Made by a program: the position numbers and the translations under genes
Sequence record: NC_071015.1
DNA length: 64,000 nt
Reading direction: 5' to 3' (one strand)
Part shown: positions 47,943 to 57,185 of the stretch, one piece after another
Position numbering within the stretch: position 1 is the stretch's first letter
How the letters are laid out: each line of letters starts with the position of its first letter
Notes under the pieces: generated by a model
The model's input: the letters and a program-made list of their open reading frames with translations, nothing else
Databases searched by the model: none
Told to the model about the DNA's origin: nothing

Positions 47943-49523
47943 TTAAATCCTGTTGTTCACACCGAGCACTTTCAGACCGGCGTTGATACGATCGATGATC
48001 TTAAAGTTCTTTTTGATCTCGTCGTAACGTGCCCGCTGAGACATTAAGACCATACCGAGTGTCGGATGAGCATTTATGAACAGGTTGTCGTAATTGACAT
48101 GCATCGAAGTAGAATACTGTTCACCTTTATCATTATACTCACCTACGGCTTTCTGTGCTTTTTCATTCAGCACTTCCTGCTCAGCAGCAATCATCGTTTT
48201 CAGATCTTTGCTGATGTAAGCAAGCATGAGTTTATCAACTTTGTTGGTCCAGTTGATAATTCCGGCAATGCTACGACGAATCTGTCCGGTCACCGTAATC
48301 AGGTATTCCAGAGCAGCGGTGTATTCGCTGATGCTGGCACTGTAAGACGTGTAAGACATCTTCAGAACACCTACGTTCTCAAATACCGCATCCACACGCT
48401 CAATCAGTTCAGCGTCTTTTACATCGATCACATCTTTCAATGCACTCAATGTAGCTTCGTCAAACCGATCACGTGAGGCGCGCAGCAGAATACGAGGAAG
48501 AAGCTTGGCCGATTTACGAACACGCTCATAATCGTTTTCACTGACTTTGACGGAACTCATCGCAGACAGCTGTTCACGTTGCTGACGCAGGTTATCTTTA
48601 AAACCTTTATCCAGTCCAACGTTACCCAGATCGATCCCGTAGATCTCATCCAGAAGCTTGACGAGCTTATCACGGAGTGGAGCTGGGTTTAGGTTGTTGG
48701 CCACTTCATCATCGAGGGTGGCTCGGAATTCAATAACATCCGCGTTGCTGAAGTTTTCTTTATCTGCAAAAGCTTTGCGAAGTTTCGCTGCTGCTGCCTG
48801 ATAGCGACCACGAGACTGACGTGCCAGGTTCCCTGCTTTTAAGATCTCGTCTTCAGCTTCTTCCAGTGCCTTACTGGCTTTAGTTAAAGATTCAATTTGA
48901 TCCATTGCAGATTTGTTTTTGTTCTGAACGATAGTGAACGCTTCAATGGAGCTCAAGTTACCCGGCAGGGCAGCATAGAGTTCTTCCACATCGAGATTGA
49001 TCGGTTCAGAACCGGCAACATTGCCCAGTACCAGCGCCAGATCTTTTTTCACATCGTCAGAAAGCTCTGCCACGATCTTAAGTTCTTTTTCGGTCTTCTC
49101 AAACCCTAACAGCGTTTTGACTTTGAGAATCACCCAATCGATCACCGCAATCACAAAACGTTTGACCGCTTTAATGATGGTAACAAACCCAGCCTTCAAT
49201 GCGCTAAGGAATGACTCCGCACCTTTATATGCGTTGAACCGATCGTACCCGGGAACTAGCCCTTCCATCCCACCAATCTTCAGTGCAGAGAAGACAGCGG
49301 GGTGAAGGCGTTCGGTTTGGAGATATTGGCGGCAGTTTGCTGCCAGAATTTGAATGGATTCCTGGCCGGTCACTTCATACACTTCATCAAGAGAAACGTA
49401 TTCGGTGCCTTCATCATCACGGGCTACAACAGACACTTTATCTGTTGACGTATGAGGGCCAAGCTGAACAACAGTGCTCAGCTCAATAGAATCGCCATCG
49501 GTCTGTTTATCTTCATCGGCCAT
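47943..49523 (-). CDS. Internal head protein (large, processed)
   Basis: 526 aa; TGQE|S, GGME|G, KGAE|SF sites, then SFLSALKAGFVTIIKAVKRFVIAVIDWV helix. Confidence 0.6.
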   Translation of the reverse strand: MADEDKQTDGDSIELSTVVQLGPHTSTDKVSVVARDDEGTEYVSLDEVYEVTGQESIQILAANCRQYLQTERLHPAVFSALKIGGMEGLVPGYDRFNAYKGAESFLSALKAGFVTIIKAVKRFVIAVIDWVILKVKTLLGFEKTEKELKIVAELSDDVKKDLALVLGNVAGSEPINLDVEELYAALPGNLSSIEAFTIVQNKNKSAMDQIESLTKASKALEEAEDEILKAGNLARQSRGRYQAAAAKLRKAFADKENFSNADVIEFRATLDDEVANNLNPAPLRDKLVKLLDEIYGIDLGNVGLDKGFKDNLRQQREQLSAMSSVKVSENDYERVRKSAKLLPRILLRASRDRFDEATLSALKDVIDVKDAELIERVDAVFENVGVLKMSYTSYSASISEYTAALEYLITVTGQIRRSIAGIINWTNKVDKLMLAYISKDLKTMIAAEQEVLNEKAQKAVGEYNDKGEQYSTSMHVNYDNLFINAHPTLGMVLMSQRARYDEIKKNFKIIDRINAGLKVLGVNNRI

Positions 49524-49535
49524 GACGATTTCCTA

Positions 49536-49973
49536 TTAAACGATTTGGTTGGTTTCGGTGAATTTCTGAAGCTTGCGGTTCGCTTCATCAATCAGGATCT
49601 GCACCAGTGCGGAATAACTTTCCAGCTTGGTATAATCTTTCTCGCCTTCGGTCTCAACACGCGGGGTGATTTTAATCACTACCACGTCATCGACCAGCGT
49701 GCTGTTCAGCACCTGCTGAAGGTTACGGAAGAACTGACCCACCTGGGACATCACCATGTTACCGTTAACCGGGGTGACTTCATTCCAGTAAGACAGAATG
49801 TAACGGTTAAAGTTAATGCAGGTCTGCTCGTCCAGCTTGTTAGCGCCGTTGACGGTGAGCAGCGCTTTAGTGTACGCAGTTTGGGCGATATCAATATGCT
49901 GCTGCGGGTGAAGAATGCCTTCTTGAATCAGGCTTTCTTTGAGTTTTACAATATGGGCTAAATGGCTCATCAT
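49536..49973 (-). CDS. Small conserved head-module protein
   Basis: 145 aa. Confidence 0.45.
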   Translation of the reverse strand: MMSHLAHIVKLKESLIQEGILHPQQHIDIAQTAYTKALLTVNGANKLDEQTCINFNRYILSYWNEVTPVNGNMVMSQVGQFFRNLQQVLNSTLVDDVVVIKITPRVETEGEKDYTKLESYSALVQILIDEANRKLQKFTETNQIV

Positions 49974-49979
49974 GAATCC

Positions 49980-51314
49980 TTAAAATGCATCTTTATAAAG
50001 TGACAAAGTATGACCCAGCAACTCGTCGGTGTAGTTTTCGAAATCCTGGGCACGGAAATCGTTGCCGGAGCTTAACCAGCCGAACACGCGCTGAACTGCG
50101 GTCCCTTCCAGGAAAGGCTTGTTATCATCAAGCATCTTTTCGATCTCTTTGGCATCTGCCAAAAGTTTGATCTTGTCGCGCTTGTCACCGCCTTTCATTT
50201 CATTCAGCTGAACAATATGATCACGCAGAATTGTTTTCAAACGACGGTAGCGAGAATCGTACATGTCATTCGGAAGCAATTTATTCTGGAAGAATACGTT
50301 TATGTAAAATAAACTGAAAAGCCCACCGACGATCATCAGTGCCGGGCTCATTGCAGCCCACCCAATAATGGCGATATTCAACCAGGCAGCGGACATTCCT
50401 GCAAAAAGCAGACTGCCGGTCGGAATAGCAGCTAAAGCCGCTACCAGGGACTTACCACAACCCATACGCACAGAGTAAAGATCGGCATAAATCTCAGAAG
50501 AACGATCTTGAGTTCCAAGAGATAACGTACGGCGCATATCACGCGTATTGATCGCTTTATTAAAATAGATAACAAGCTGGTCACCGGTCATGTTAACCAC
50601 ATCTTCTTCTTTGACCGGCTGAGAAACTTCCATCAGCTTGAACGCCTCTTTAATAATATCAACGCGTTGTTTGCCGTAAATTTTTCCGGCCACGATCATT
50701 TTCATGGCAGTGGTAGAAACCAGCGGATCGACAATAGTGCGGTAGATAGACAAGAAGCCAGTAAAGACATGGCCGCACTCATGAATAAGAATGCCAGCCA
50801 GCGCTTCCGACATGGTAACTTTGTAACGTTCAACAATTTTGTATCTGATGAAGTTACTGATGTAGTGGTTCATGTAAAGACGGAACGGAATCTTGCTGAA
50901 ATCCCCACCGACCATACCGGTAGAAGTATCGACCCAGCCTTTAAGCACATCGGTCTTCATGGCTTTGAACGCTTGACCAATGTTTGTCTGGCTTGCACTG
51001 AACCAGTTTTCCAGACCTTTAATATTGATCACGTTGTTTGGGCTGAACCAACCGGCTTCAACAGCAGCATTCCCAACACTCTCTTCTTGAAGTTCAAGCA
51101 AAATGCCGGTGTGTTTCATAAAGATGACTTTTAAAGCTTCAGCGCTATTTTCGCGATCTTTTAAATGCCAGGTATGGTTATCATTCACCAACTCGGTATC
51201 AAAGTAACGAACAAGGTCGTGAAACAAATCACCTTTTTGATAATCCATGAACTCTAACCCGCCCACTTCCACTTGGAAGTTCTTAGGTTTGTTCAGGAAA
51301 GTGATGTCTAACAT
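49980..51314 (-). CDS. phiKZ gp84-like protein with zincin HExxH motif and TM hairpin (M48-like metalloprotease candidate)
   Basis: ILIHECGH; downstream SEIYADLYSVRMG..SLVAAL; hydrophobic stretch SLLFAGMSAAWLNIAIIG..LMIVGGLFSLFYINVFF. Confidence 0.55.
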   Translation of the reverse strand: MLDITFLNKPKNFQVEVGGLEFMDYQKGDLFHDLVRYFDTELVNDNHTWHLKDRENSAEALKVIFMKHTGILLELQEESVGNAAVEAGWFSPNNVINIKGLENWFSASQTNIGQAFKAMKTDVLKGWVDTSTGMVGGDFSKIPFRLYMNHYISNFIRYKIVERYKVTMSEALAGILIHECGHVFTGFLSIYRTIVDPLVSTTAMKMIVAGKIYGKQRVDIIKEAFKLMEVSQPVKEEDVVNMTGDQLVIYFNKAINTRDMRRTLSLGTQDRSSEIYADLYSVRMGCGKSLVAALAAIPTGSLLFAGMSAAWLNIAIIGWAAMSPALMIVGGLFSLFYINVFFQNKLLPNDMYDSRYRRLKTILRDHIVQLNEMKGGDKRDKIKLLADAKEIEKMLDDNKPFLEGTAVQRVFGWLSSGNDFRAQDFENYTDELLGHTLSLYKDAF

Positions 51315-51369
51315 GTTTCTCTCCGGAGTAAAATAAAAGGGCAGGTTAAATAGTGTAGCAAAATTAACC

Positions 51370-51383
51370 TTATGACGTCATAA
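51370..51383. promoter_or_regulatory. Palindrome TTATGACGTCATAA carrying TATG on both strands
   Basis: Perfect 14-bp palindrome in the divergent spacer between the HExxH gene and the DNA polymerase gene. Confidence 0.45.
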
Positions 51384-51397
51384 CATTCGGGTGCAGA

Positions 51398-53161
51398 ATG
51401 AAGATATATAAGAACGAAAGTCCCATTGTTGGGCGGGTGTGTAAGCACGCTTATCTTTCATTTAGTAAATTCAGTTCAGATCATGACCTGCTTACAGCAA
51501 AGATTACCAACATTCATGAAGACGGGACACGTAGTCATAAACTGGTTCAAGTTGAAGACTTCAAACGCGACTTCTATATTGTCAAGAAGAAACATCAAGG
51601 TTTCAAAGACAAACGCGACTATATTGAAATCGCCAAGTGTGATAAATACAGTTCCAATGAATCGCGTCTGGCATTAAACATCAGTAAAATTCTCTTTGGT
51701 CGTCCAGATCGTAAAGCGCAATTAAACGAATTAAAGAACAACCCGTATGTGTTTGGTTGCCAAGAAACCGTGCCGGTCATATATAAAGAAAGGTTTTATA
51801 AAAGATATCCTGACTATCAACCGCAAGAAGCGTATGAAGTTGGGGCGTACGACGTTGAAACCTATATCAACGATGACGGTGGTGTTGGGTGTGTCAACAT
51901 GGCATCCACCACCCACAAAGATTACGCGTTCTGGGCTGGAATCCGTTCGTACTTCCCTGTGGAGGATCAGAAAGATGACGCCATCATTCTGCGTAAACTG
52001 AAAGAAGCTGAGAAGAAGTATCTGCAAGAGTACATCGATAAGCATGGCGTTACGATCGATTACAACCTGGTAGATACTCCCGGTCAAGTAGTTTATGAGA
52101 ACATTCAGTATTGGCATCGATCCAACATCGACTTCATTGTTAGCTGGAATGCCAACTTTGATATGGAACGTAACCAGGAAGCTCTGAAGAACGAAGGGTA
52201 CGACTTAGCACGTACTTACAGTGATCCTGAGATTCCGGATGCCTATAAAGATTATTACTATTTCCCGGGTCGTCAATTTAAGACCAAGGTTGATGGTACC
52301 CAGTCTCCGTTAGAACCACAGGAACGTTTTCCGGTTGTTCAGGCACCTGCTCGCTGGCAGTGGTTTGACGGCATGTCCTTCTATGCTATCAAACGTGCGC
52401 CGATGGGCAAGAAAGAATCGTACTCTTTGCAGGCAACTGCCGAATCTGAAAAAATTCAAGGTAAGCTTTATATTCCAGAAGCGGATCATCTCCAAGCAGG
52501 TTCTGCAGAATGGCACAAATTCATGGTGCGCAACTATCCGTATGAATACGTCATGTATAACATTCGCGATAACTGGACCATTGAAGATTTGAACCGTCAG
52601 ACTAATGACTATTCATTATCACTGCCGTCTCTGGTAACGTCTTCTGAACTGAAGTCTTATCAGTCTCAACCGTCCATGATCTCCGATAAGCTTTCCTTCA
52701 TTGCGATGGAACATGGTTATGTCTGGGGAACTGTTGGGCGTAGAAAAGAAGATGTTTGGAAAGAGATTAAACCGGATCTGCGCGACTGGATTGCTCTGTT
52801 GCATGCTGAGCTTAATGAAGATAAAGGCAAAGCGATTTATGCTGGACTTCCATCTTGGCGTTCACGTGGTCGTGGTGATACAGATGACATCGACGTGACT
52901 GGTGCTTATCCACACATCACCGTAAGTCTGAATGTCTCTAACAAAACCACCAAACTGGAAGTGTGTGAGATTGAAGGGCTGGATCGTTTCGAGTTCCGTC
53001 GAGTGGGTGTGAACTACGCGTCGTCTCCTGTCGCGAATGCCACTACTCTGTGCAATACCATCTTCGGTATGCCACAACTGACAGACATTAACTCGTTCTA
53101 CGAAGAGTCTGTCATTCCATTCATTAATGAAGCAAAAGAAGAACTAAAGAAAGCCGCATAA
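51398..53161 (+). CDS. Split family-B DNA polymerase, exonuclease/motif-A subunit (phiKZ gp82-like)
   Basis: ExoI YDVET, ExoII WNANFD, ExoIII YNIRD; palm motif A DIDVTGAYP near the C-terminus; motifs B and C not seen. Confidence 0.85.
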   Translation: MKIYKNESPIVGRVCKHAYLSFSKFSSDHDLLTAKITNIHEDGTRSHKLVQVEDFKRDFYIVKKKHQGFKDKRDYIEIAKCDKYSSNESRLALNISKILFGRPDRKAQLNELKNNPYVFGCQETVPVIYKERFYKRYPDYQPQEAYEVGAYDVETYINDDGGVGCVNMASTTHKDYAFWAGIRSYFPVEDQKDDAIILRKLKEAEKKYLQEYIDKHGVTIDYNLVDTPGQVVYENIQYWHRSNIDFIVSWNANFDMERNQEALKNEGYDLARTYSDPEIPDAYKDYYYFPGRQFKTKVDGTQSPLEPQERFPVVQAPARWQWFDGMSFYAIKRAPMGKKESYSLQATAESEKIQGKLYIPEADHLQAGSAEWHKFMVRNYPYEYVMYNIRDNWTIEDLNRQTNDYSLSLPSLVTSSELKSYQSQPSMISDKLSFIAMEHGYVWGTVGRRKEDVWKEIKPDLRDWIALLHAELNEDKGKAIYAGLPSWRSRGRGDTDDIDVTGAYPHITVSLNVSNKTTKLEVCEIEGLDRFEFRRVGVNYASSPVANATTLCNTIFGMPQLTDINSFYEESVIPFINEAKEELKKAA

Positions 53162-53199
53162 TAAAAACTCTACTCTCCTTTTGGGAGAGTAGAGTTATG
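53157..53199. terminator. Bidirectional hairpin flanked by CATA/TATG
   Basis: AACTCTACTCTCC-TTTTG-GGAGAGTAGAGTT. Confidence 0.75.
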
Positions 53200-53206
53200 C
53201 TATTTA

Positions 53207-53929
53207 TCATTTACCACGAACCGCTGTGACCACAATTCGATCCGCAGCTAAAATAGTTTTATGAGCAATGCTCACAACTTCTGATACCGCAGTCAAAACT
53301 TTGGTAGCGTATACCGCAAGTTTCTCATCCACAGCACCGCTTGTGAATGCTGATTTAATATTATCAGCCTGTTTATTAACCTGATCCAGCATCTTCAATC
53401 CACCCAGCTCATTCAAATAAGTGGTGGCTGAATTATTACTGAAATTCCCTTCGGCCTGTTCAATGAATTTCTCCATTGTCTTGACATAGTTATCAAAATC
53501 AAACGCAATGCGTGGTGCGTTACTTAATTCAGATACCAAATCGCTGTCATGCAGGTTTTCAAATATCTTTAATTTTGCTTTTAATTGATCTGCACTTTTC
53601 TTGTACAAATCGGCGAGCGCCGAAACATCGGAAATATTAACTGAGTTAGCGGTCTCCCCGGCTTTTGATTCTTTAATCTTGCGTTTGCTGCCAGTGACAA
53701 ATTCCACAATGGCTTTAAGCAATTTTAAACACCATTCTTTAACCGACTGTGCACCTTTTTTGACACTGTCCAAAAAGCTTTCATTGCCAGCGTAAATGCC
53801 CATGTCATTAGCATGAAGCTTCAATACGCTAAAAGCATACTTGGCATCTAAGGAATTTACATCGCCTTGATTAATACTTTCGCACCCAGATACCATGGTT
53901 GCAAAATGTTCAACTTCTCCAAAACTCAT
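53207..53929 (-). CDS. Head protein paralog family member 2
   Basis: MSFGEVEHFATMVSGCE...AGNE|SFLDSVKKGA. Confidence 0.7.
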   Translation of the reverse strand: MSFGEVEHFATMVSGCESINQGDVNSLDAKYAFSVLKLHANDMGIYAGNESFLDSVKKGAQSVKEWCLKLLKAIVEFVTGSKRKIKESKAGETANSVNISDVSALADLYKKSADQLKAKLKIFENLHDSDLVSELSNAPRIAFDFDNYVKTMEKFIEQAEGNFSNNSATTYLNELGGLKMLDQVNKQADNIKSAFTSGAVDEKLAVYATKVLTAVSEVVSIAHKTILAADRIVVTAVRGK

Positions 53930-53941
53930 TTTTTAATACCT

Positions 53942-54727
53942 CTAATTAATGGCTTTTTCCATCCGCTCTTGATCTTTCTTAAGGAAGCTAGCAAACGCTT
54001 TGCTAAGACTAGCATAAACCTCAGTGTACACTTTTAATAAACGAGCACCTGCATTCAGCTGTCGATCTCTTTCTCTGGCCTCCTGGCTATTGTCATCGCT
54101 TATGCGAATCCTTTTTGCATGATTACTGCAAGACAGATTTAAACTGAATAACGCTGTGTCGTAATCATTCAGTTTATCTTTGATCCAGTTTATTTCACTG
54201 CGATCGAAGTCTTCTGGTTTGCATGTTTCGATGTGCCGGATAATGTCATCAACAATATGACCCGATGAAAGATATCTAAATTTTTCTACTGACAATTCTA
54301 AATAGTCCGCGAAAGTAAAAAAGTCATCAGAGTCTTTTATTGGTTCCATCTTACCTTGCGCCACGGTAAGAGCGTGCATCATACTTTCTTTCAACATCTC
54401 ATAACGCTTAGCGCGATTGGCTTCTTTATCCGTTTCTAACTTCTCGTTTGCTTTATCCGCTTCTTCCCAAAACTTACGTTCTCGCTCAAAACGTCTACGA
54501 CCAAAGCTAAGGAAGTCTTTGATGGCTTCACACAAACTTATGAAGAATTCCTTTATCTTTCCTGCAGCAGCTTTGACTGTATCCAGAAACCCTTCGTTTC
54601 CAGCGTGAGAATATAACTTCAATACCGCATAGCTGTATTTGCCATCAGGGGTAATCCTACCACCGCTTGTCAATGATTCACATCCTGACACCATCGTGGC
54701 TAAGTGTTCGATCTCTCCAAGACTCAT
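53942..54727 (-). CDS. Head protein paralog family member 3
   Basis: Start moved to ATG 54727; MSLGEIEHLATMVSGCE...AGNE|GFLDTVK. Confidence 0.7.
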   Translation of the reverse strand: MSLGEIEHLATMVSGCESLTSGGRITPDGKYSYAVLKLYSHAGNEGFLDTVKAAAGKIKEFFISLCEAIKDFLSFGRRRFERERKFWEEADKANEKLETDKEANRAKRYEMLKESMMHALTVAQGKMEPIKDSDDFFTFADYLELSVEKFRYLSSGHIVDDIIRHIETCKPEDFDRSEINWIKDKLNDYDTALFSLNLSCSNHAKRIRISDDNSQEARERDRQLNAGARLLKVYTEVYASLSKAFASFLKKDQERMEKAIN

Positions 54728-54763
54728 TTCTGTTCCTCTAATATGGGCATATGACAAAGAATC

Positions 54764-54789
54764 CCTTTACCCCTTTATTGGGGTAAAGG
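54764..54789 (-). terminator. Terminator hairpin
   Basis: CCTTTACCCC-TTTATT-GGGGTAAAGG. Confidence 0.65.
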
Positions 54790-54803
54790 AATAATATCAT
54801 TTA

Positions 54804-55550
54804 TTATTTATTTCCGACGGTTCGATCATACACATCGTTGAGTCTTTTAGCGATACGCTCAATACGTTCCGCACGCACAGCACAAGCCTTTAAAAGTTTT
54901 CCGGCAAGTTTGACCGCACCGGTATCTTGATCGGATTCAAAGACATGCTGTTTTACATATCGTTCTACTGCTTCTGCGGTATAATTGGTACGTGTACCAA
55001 GTTTGGCGCATTTATAAACCAGCTTGTTAATCTTTCTGAGATCAAATACACCGTCTTTAGTGTGCTCGCCCAATTGTTTAAAATTGGCAATGTCTTCTTT
55101 AATTCCATCCCCATTGATGTGGAATAAAGAACAAGCGGATTCAAAACTGGGATCGTTCACAATCTCTTCCAAATGCTGGGTGTCGTTTGCTGCGTATTCC
55201 ATCAAACTTTCCATCTGGAATTGAACATCAAGAGACAGTTTTGAATAATCTTCTTCAGACATCTTTTCGATATCTAATACTACCTTTTCAATCTCTTTTT
55301 CTTTCTTGGAGCCTTTAAACCAGTTGCGGATAGCCTGAATAAGTTTAAGGATCCATTCCTTAACGTTATTCGCACCACGTTTAATGGAATCCAGGAAGCC
55401 TTCCTGACCGGCATACAAACCAGCGTCGTTAGCGTGGAGCTTTAATACTGATAGAGCGTATTTTGCATCAGTATTAGTCGTATTTCCGTTACTGATGCTT
55501 TCACAGCCAGACAACATTGTAGCAAAGTGTTCTACTTCTCCGAATGACAT
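54804..55550 (-). CDS. Head protein paralog family member 4
   Basis: Start moved to ATG 55550 (GAGG RBS); MSFGEVEHFATMLSGCE...AGQE|GFLDSIKRGA. Confidence 0.7.
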   Translation of the reverse strand: MSFGEVEHFATMLSGCESISNGNTTNTDAKYALSVLKLHANDAGLYAGQEGFLDSIKRGANNVKEWILKLIQAIRNWFKGSKKEKEIEKVVLDIEKMSEEDYSKLSLDVQFQMESLMEYAANDTQHLEEIVNDPSFESACSLFHINGDGIKEDIANFKQLGEHTKDGVFDLRKINKLVYKCAKLGTRTNYTAEAVERYVKQHVFESDQDTGAVKLAGKLLKACAVRAERIERIAKRLNDVYDRTVGNK

Positions 55551-55557
55551 ATTTACC

Positions 55558-56559
55558 TCAACTTGATTTTTTAACGACAGCACTTACCTGGAATCCGGAA
55601 ATACCTTTTTCTCGCAGATAATCATAGACAGTGGCTTGGTGCATCAAACGTTTTTTGCTAAAGTTACTTTGAAGCCACGCATTCGCCATGGAATAATAAT
55701 CTTCATCCCATTTCGTTTTATCGGTTTCTATGTCCAATGAAAGAGTGGTAACCTCATATTCATCAAACACATCAGGGGCTTTATTTTCCACATACTTAAC
55801 ATTTTCTTTCCAGTCGGCAATGGTTAATCGATTGCTCTCCAGTGCGGCCATCAAGCTTGATTGCAAATACGATCGACCTTTATTTTCATTGATTGCTTTT
55901 GAAACTAATGAATCAATAGGAACGCTCCCTGTTGAACTGCTAATAACTTTAACAATCCCAGCTAATCCTTCGGACAAGATTTTGATACCCTTCCCTAAGG
56001 CAACGGCTTGTTTATTATCGTTTTCATTATTTTTAGATAATTTATCGACAATTTTTGTAAGCCCATCAATGGATTTTTTAACGCTTTCGTTGAACGAATC
56101 CAAATCTTTTCCGGCGTTTGAATTCTCTTTCTTTAATTTATCAATAAGGGATTCTCCATCTGCAATTAAAAAAGAGAATTTAATATTAGCGTTAAGTTGA
56201 GATTCATCAATAGTTTTTATCTCAGAAATCAAATGTTCTATCTTTTTAATGAGACCTTCGGATTTCTCCGCGACATTGATCGTCGCACCAGGCTTTTTAC
56301 CTGTAATTTTATTTACAACATTACGAATCCAATCCATGACAGCCCGAGCAAGTTTCTTAACCCACTCTACAATTGACATTGCCCCTCGTTTAACCGAATC
56401 GAGAAACCCTTCTTGCCCTGCATATAGACCGGCATCGTTCGCATGAAGCTTTAACACACTTATTGCATAACGACCATCGGGACTATTTACGTTGCCGTTG
56501 TTAATACTTTCACAGCCGGACAACATGGTACTAAAATGCTCAACTTCCCCAAAGTTCAT
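55558..56559 (-). CDS. Head protein paralog family member 5, with extra C-terminal domain
   Basis: Start moved to ATG 56559; MNFGEVEHFSTMLSGCE...AGQE|GFLD; later AALE|S followed by a W-D-E-D-Y...NFS domain. Confidence 0.7.
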   Translation of the reverse strand: MNFGEVEHFSTMLSGCESINNGNVNSPDGRYAISVLKLHANDAGLYAGQEGFLDSVKRGAMSIVEWVKKLARAVMDWIRNVVNKITGKKPGATINVAEKSEGLIKKIEHLISEIKTIDESQLNANIKFSFLIADGESLIDKLKKENSNAGKDLDSFNESVKKSIDGLTKIVDKLSKNNENDNKQAVALGKGIKILSEGLAGIVKVISSSTGSVPIDSLVSKAINENKGRSYLQSSLMAALESNRLTIADWKENVKYVENKAPDVFDEYEVTTLSLDIETDKTKWDEDYYSMANAWLQSNFSKKRLMHQATVYDYLREKGISGFQVSAVVKKSS

Positions 56560-56600
56560 CTTTTTATTCCTCTTGACAAAATAAATATAACAAAAGATCC

Positions 56601-56626
56601 CTCCTACTCCCCGAAGAGAGTAGGAG
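56601..56626 (-). terminator. Terminator hairpin
   Basis: CTCCTACTC-8nt-GAGTAGGAG, then GGATCTTTTG on the minus strand. Confidence 0.65.
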
Positions 56627-56633
56627 GAGATCA

Positions 56634-57173
56634 TTAACCGTACACGTAGTTATGCAGGCGCTGTTTGGCAACCGGACTGAACATGTTTTCGAACTTAACC
56701 ATGTCGTAGTTTTCCAGGAAGCGGCGCTTGTCACGGGCGTTCTCACTGTACATGACAATGAACAGCATGAAACGTTTGTAACGCAACACTTCTTCGCTTG
56801 GCAGGCTGGATTCGAGCGGGAACAGCGGAGCTACGATGTTGTCGTAGCTGAACAGGTTCGGGCTTTCCGAGATGGTCACCACGAAGTGATCCAGGATCGC
56901 CTTTACCTGTGCATCGTTAAGTTCCAGAGCACCCCAAATGGTGCGCATGAAATCACGCTGAAGTACTTTACGTGTTTCCAGATCACCAGTAACAGTCCCA
57001 GCCAGGAAATCACGGAACCCATCGATACCTTGTTTATAGATATCAACCACATCGGTCGTGGGTTTCTGAGTTGCCACTTTCATGCTGGTATCAAGCGTAG
57101 CTTCAGCAGTAACCTGCTCGTCTACGGCGTTGACACGTTTTTCAATTTTCGGTGTAGTGAACTTGTCACTCAT
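56634..57173 (-). CDS. Conserved hypothetical protein
   Basis: 179 aa, GAGGA RBS. Confidence 0.55.
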   Translation of the reverse strand: MSDKFTTPKIEKRVNAVDEQVTAEATLDTSMKVATQKPTTDVVDIYKQGIDGFRDFLAGTVTGDLETRKVLQRDFMRTIWGALELNDAQVKAILDHFVVTISESPNLFSYDNIVAPLFPLESSLPSEEVLRYKRFMLFIVMYSENARDKRRFLENYDMVKFENMFSPVAKQRLHNYVYG

Positions 57174-57185
57174 CGCTTAGTCCTC

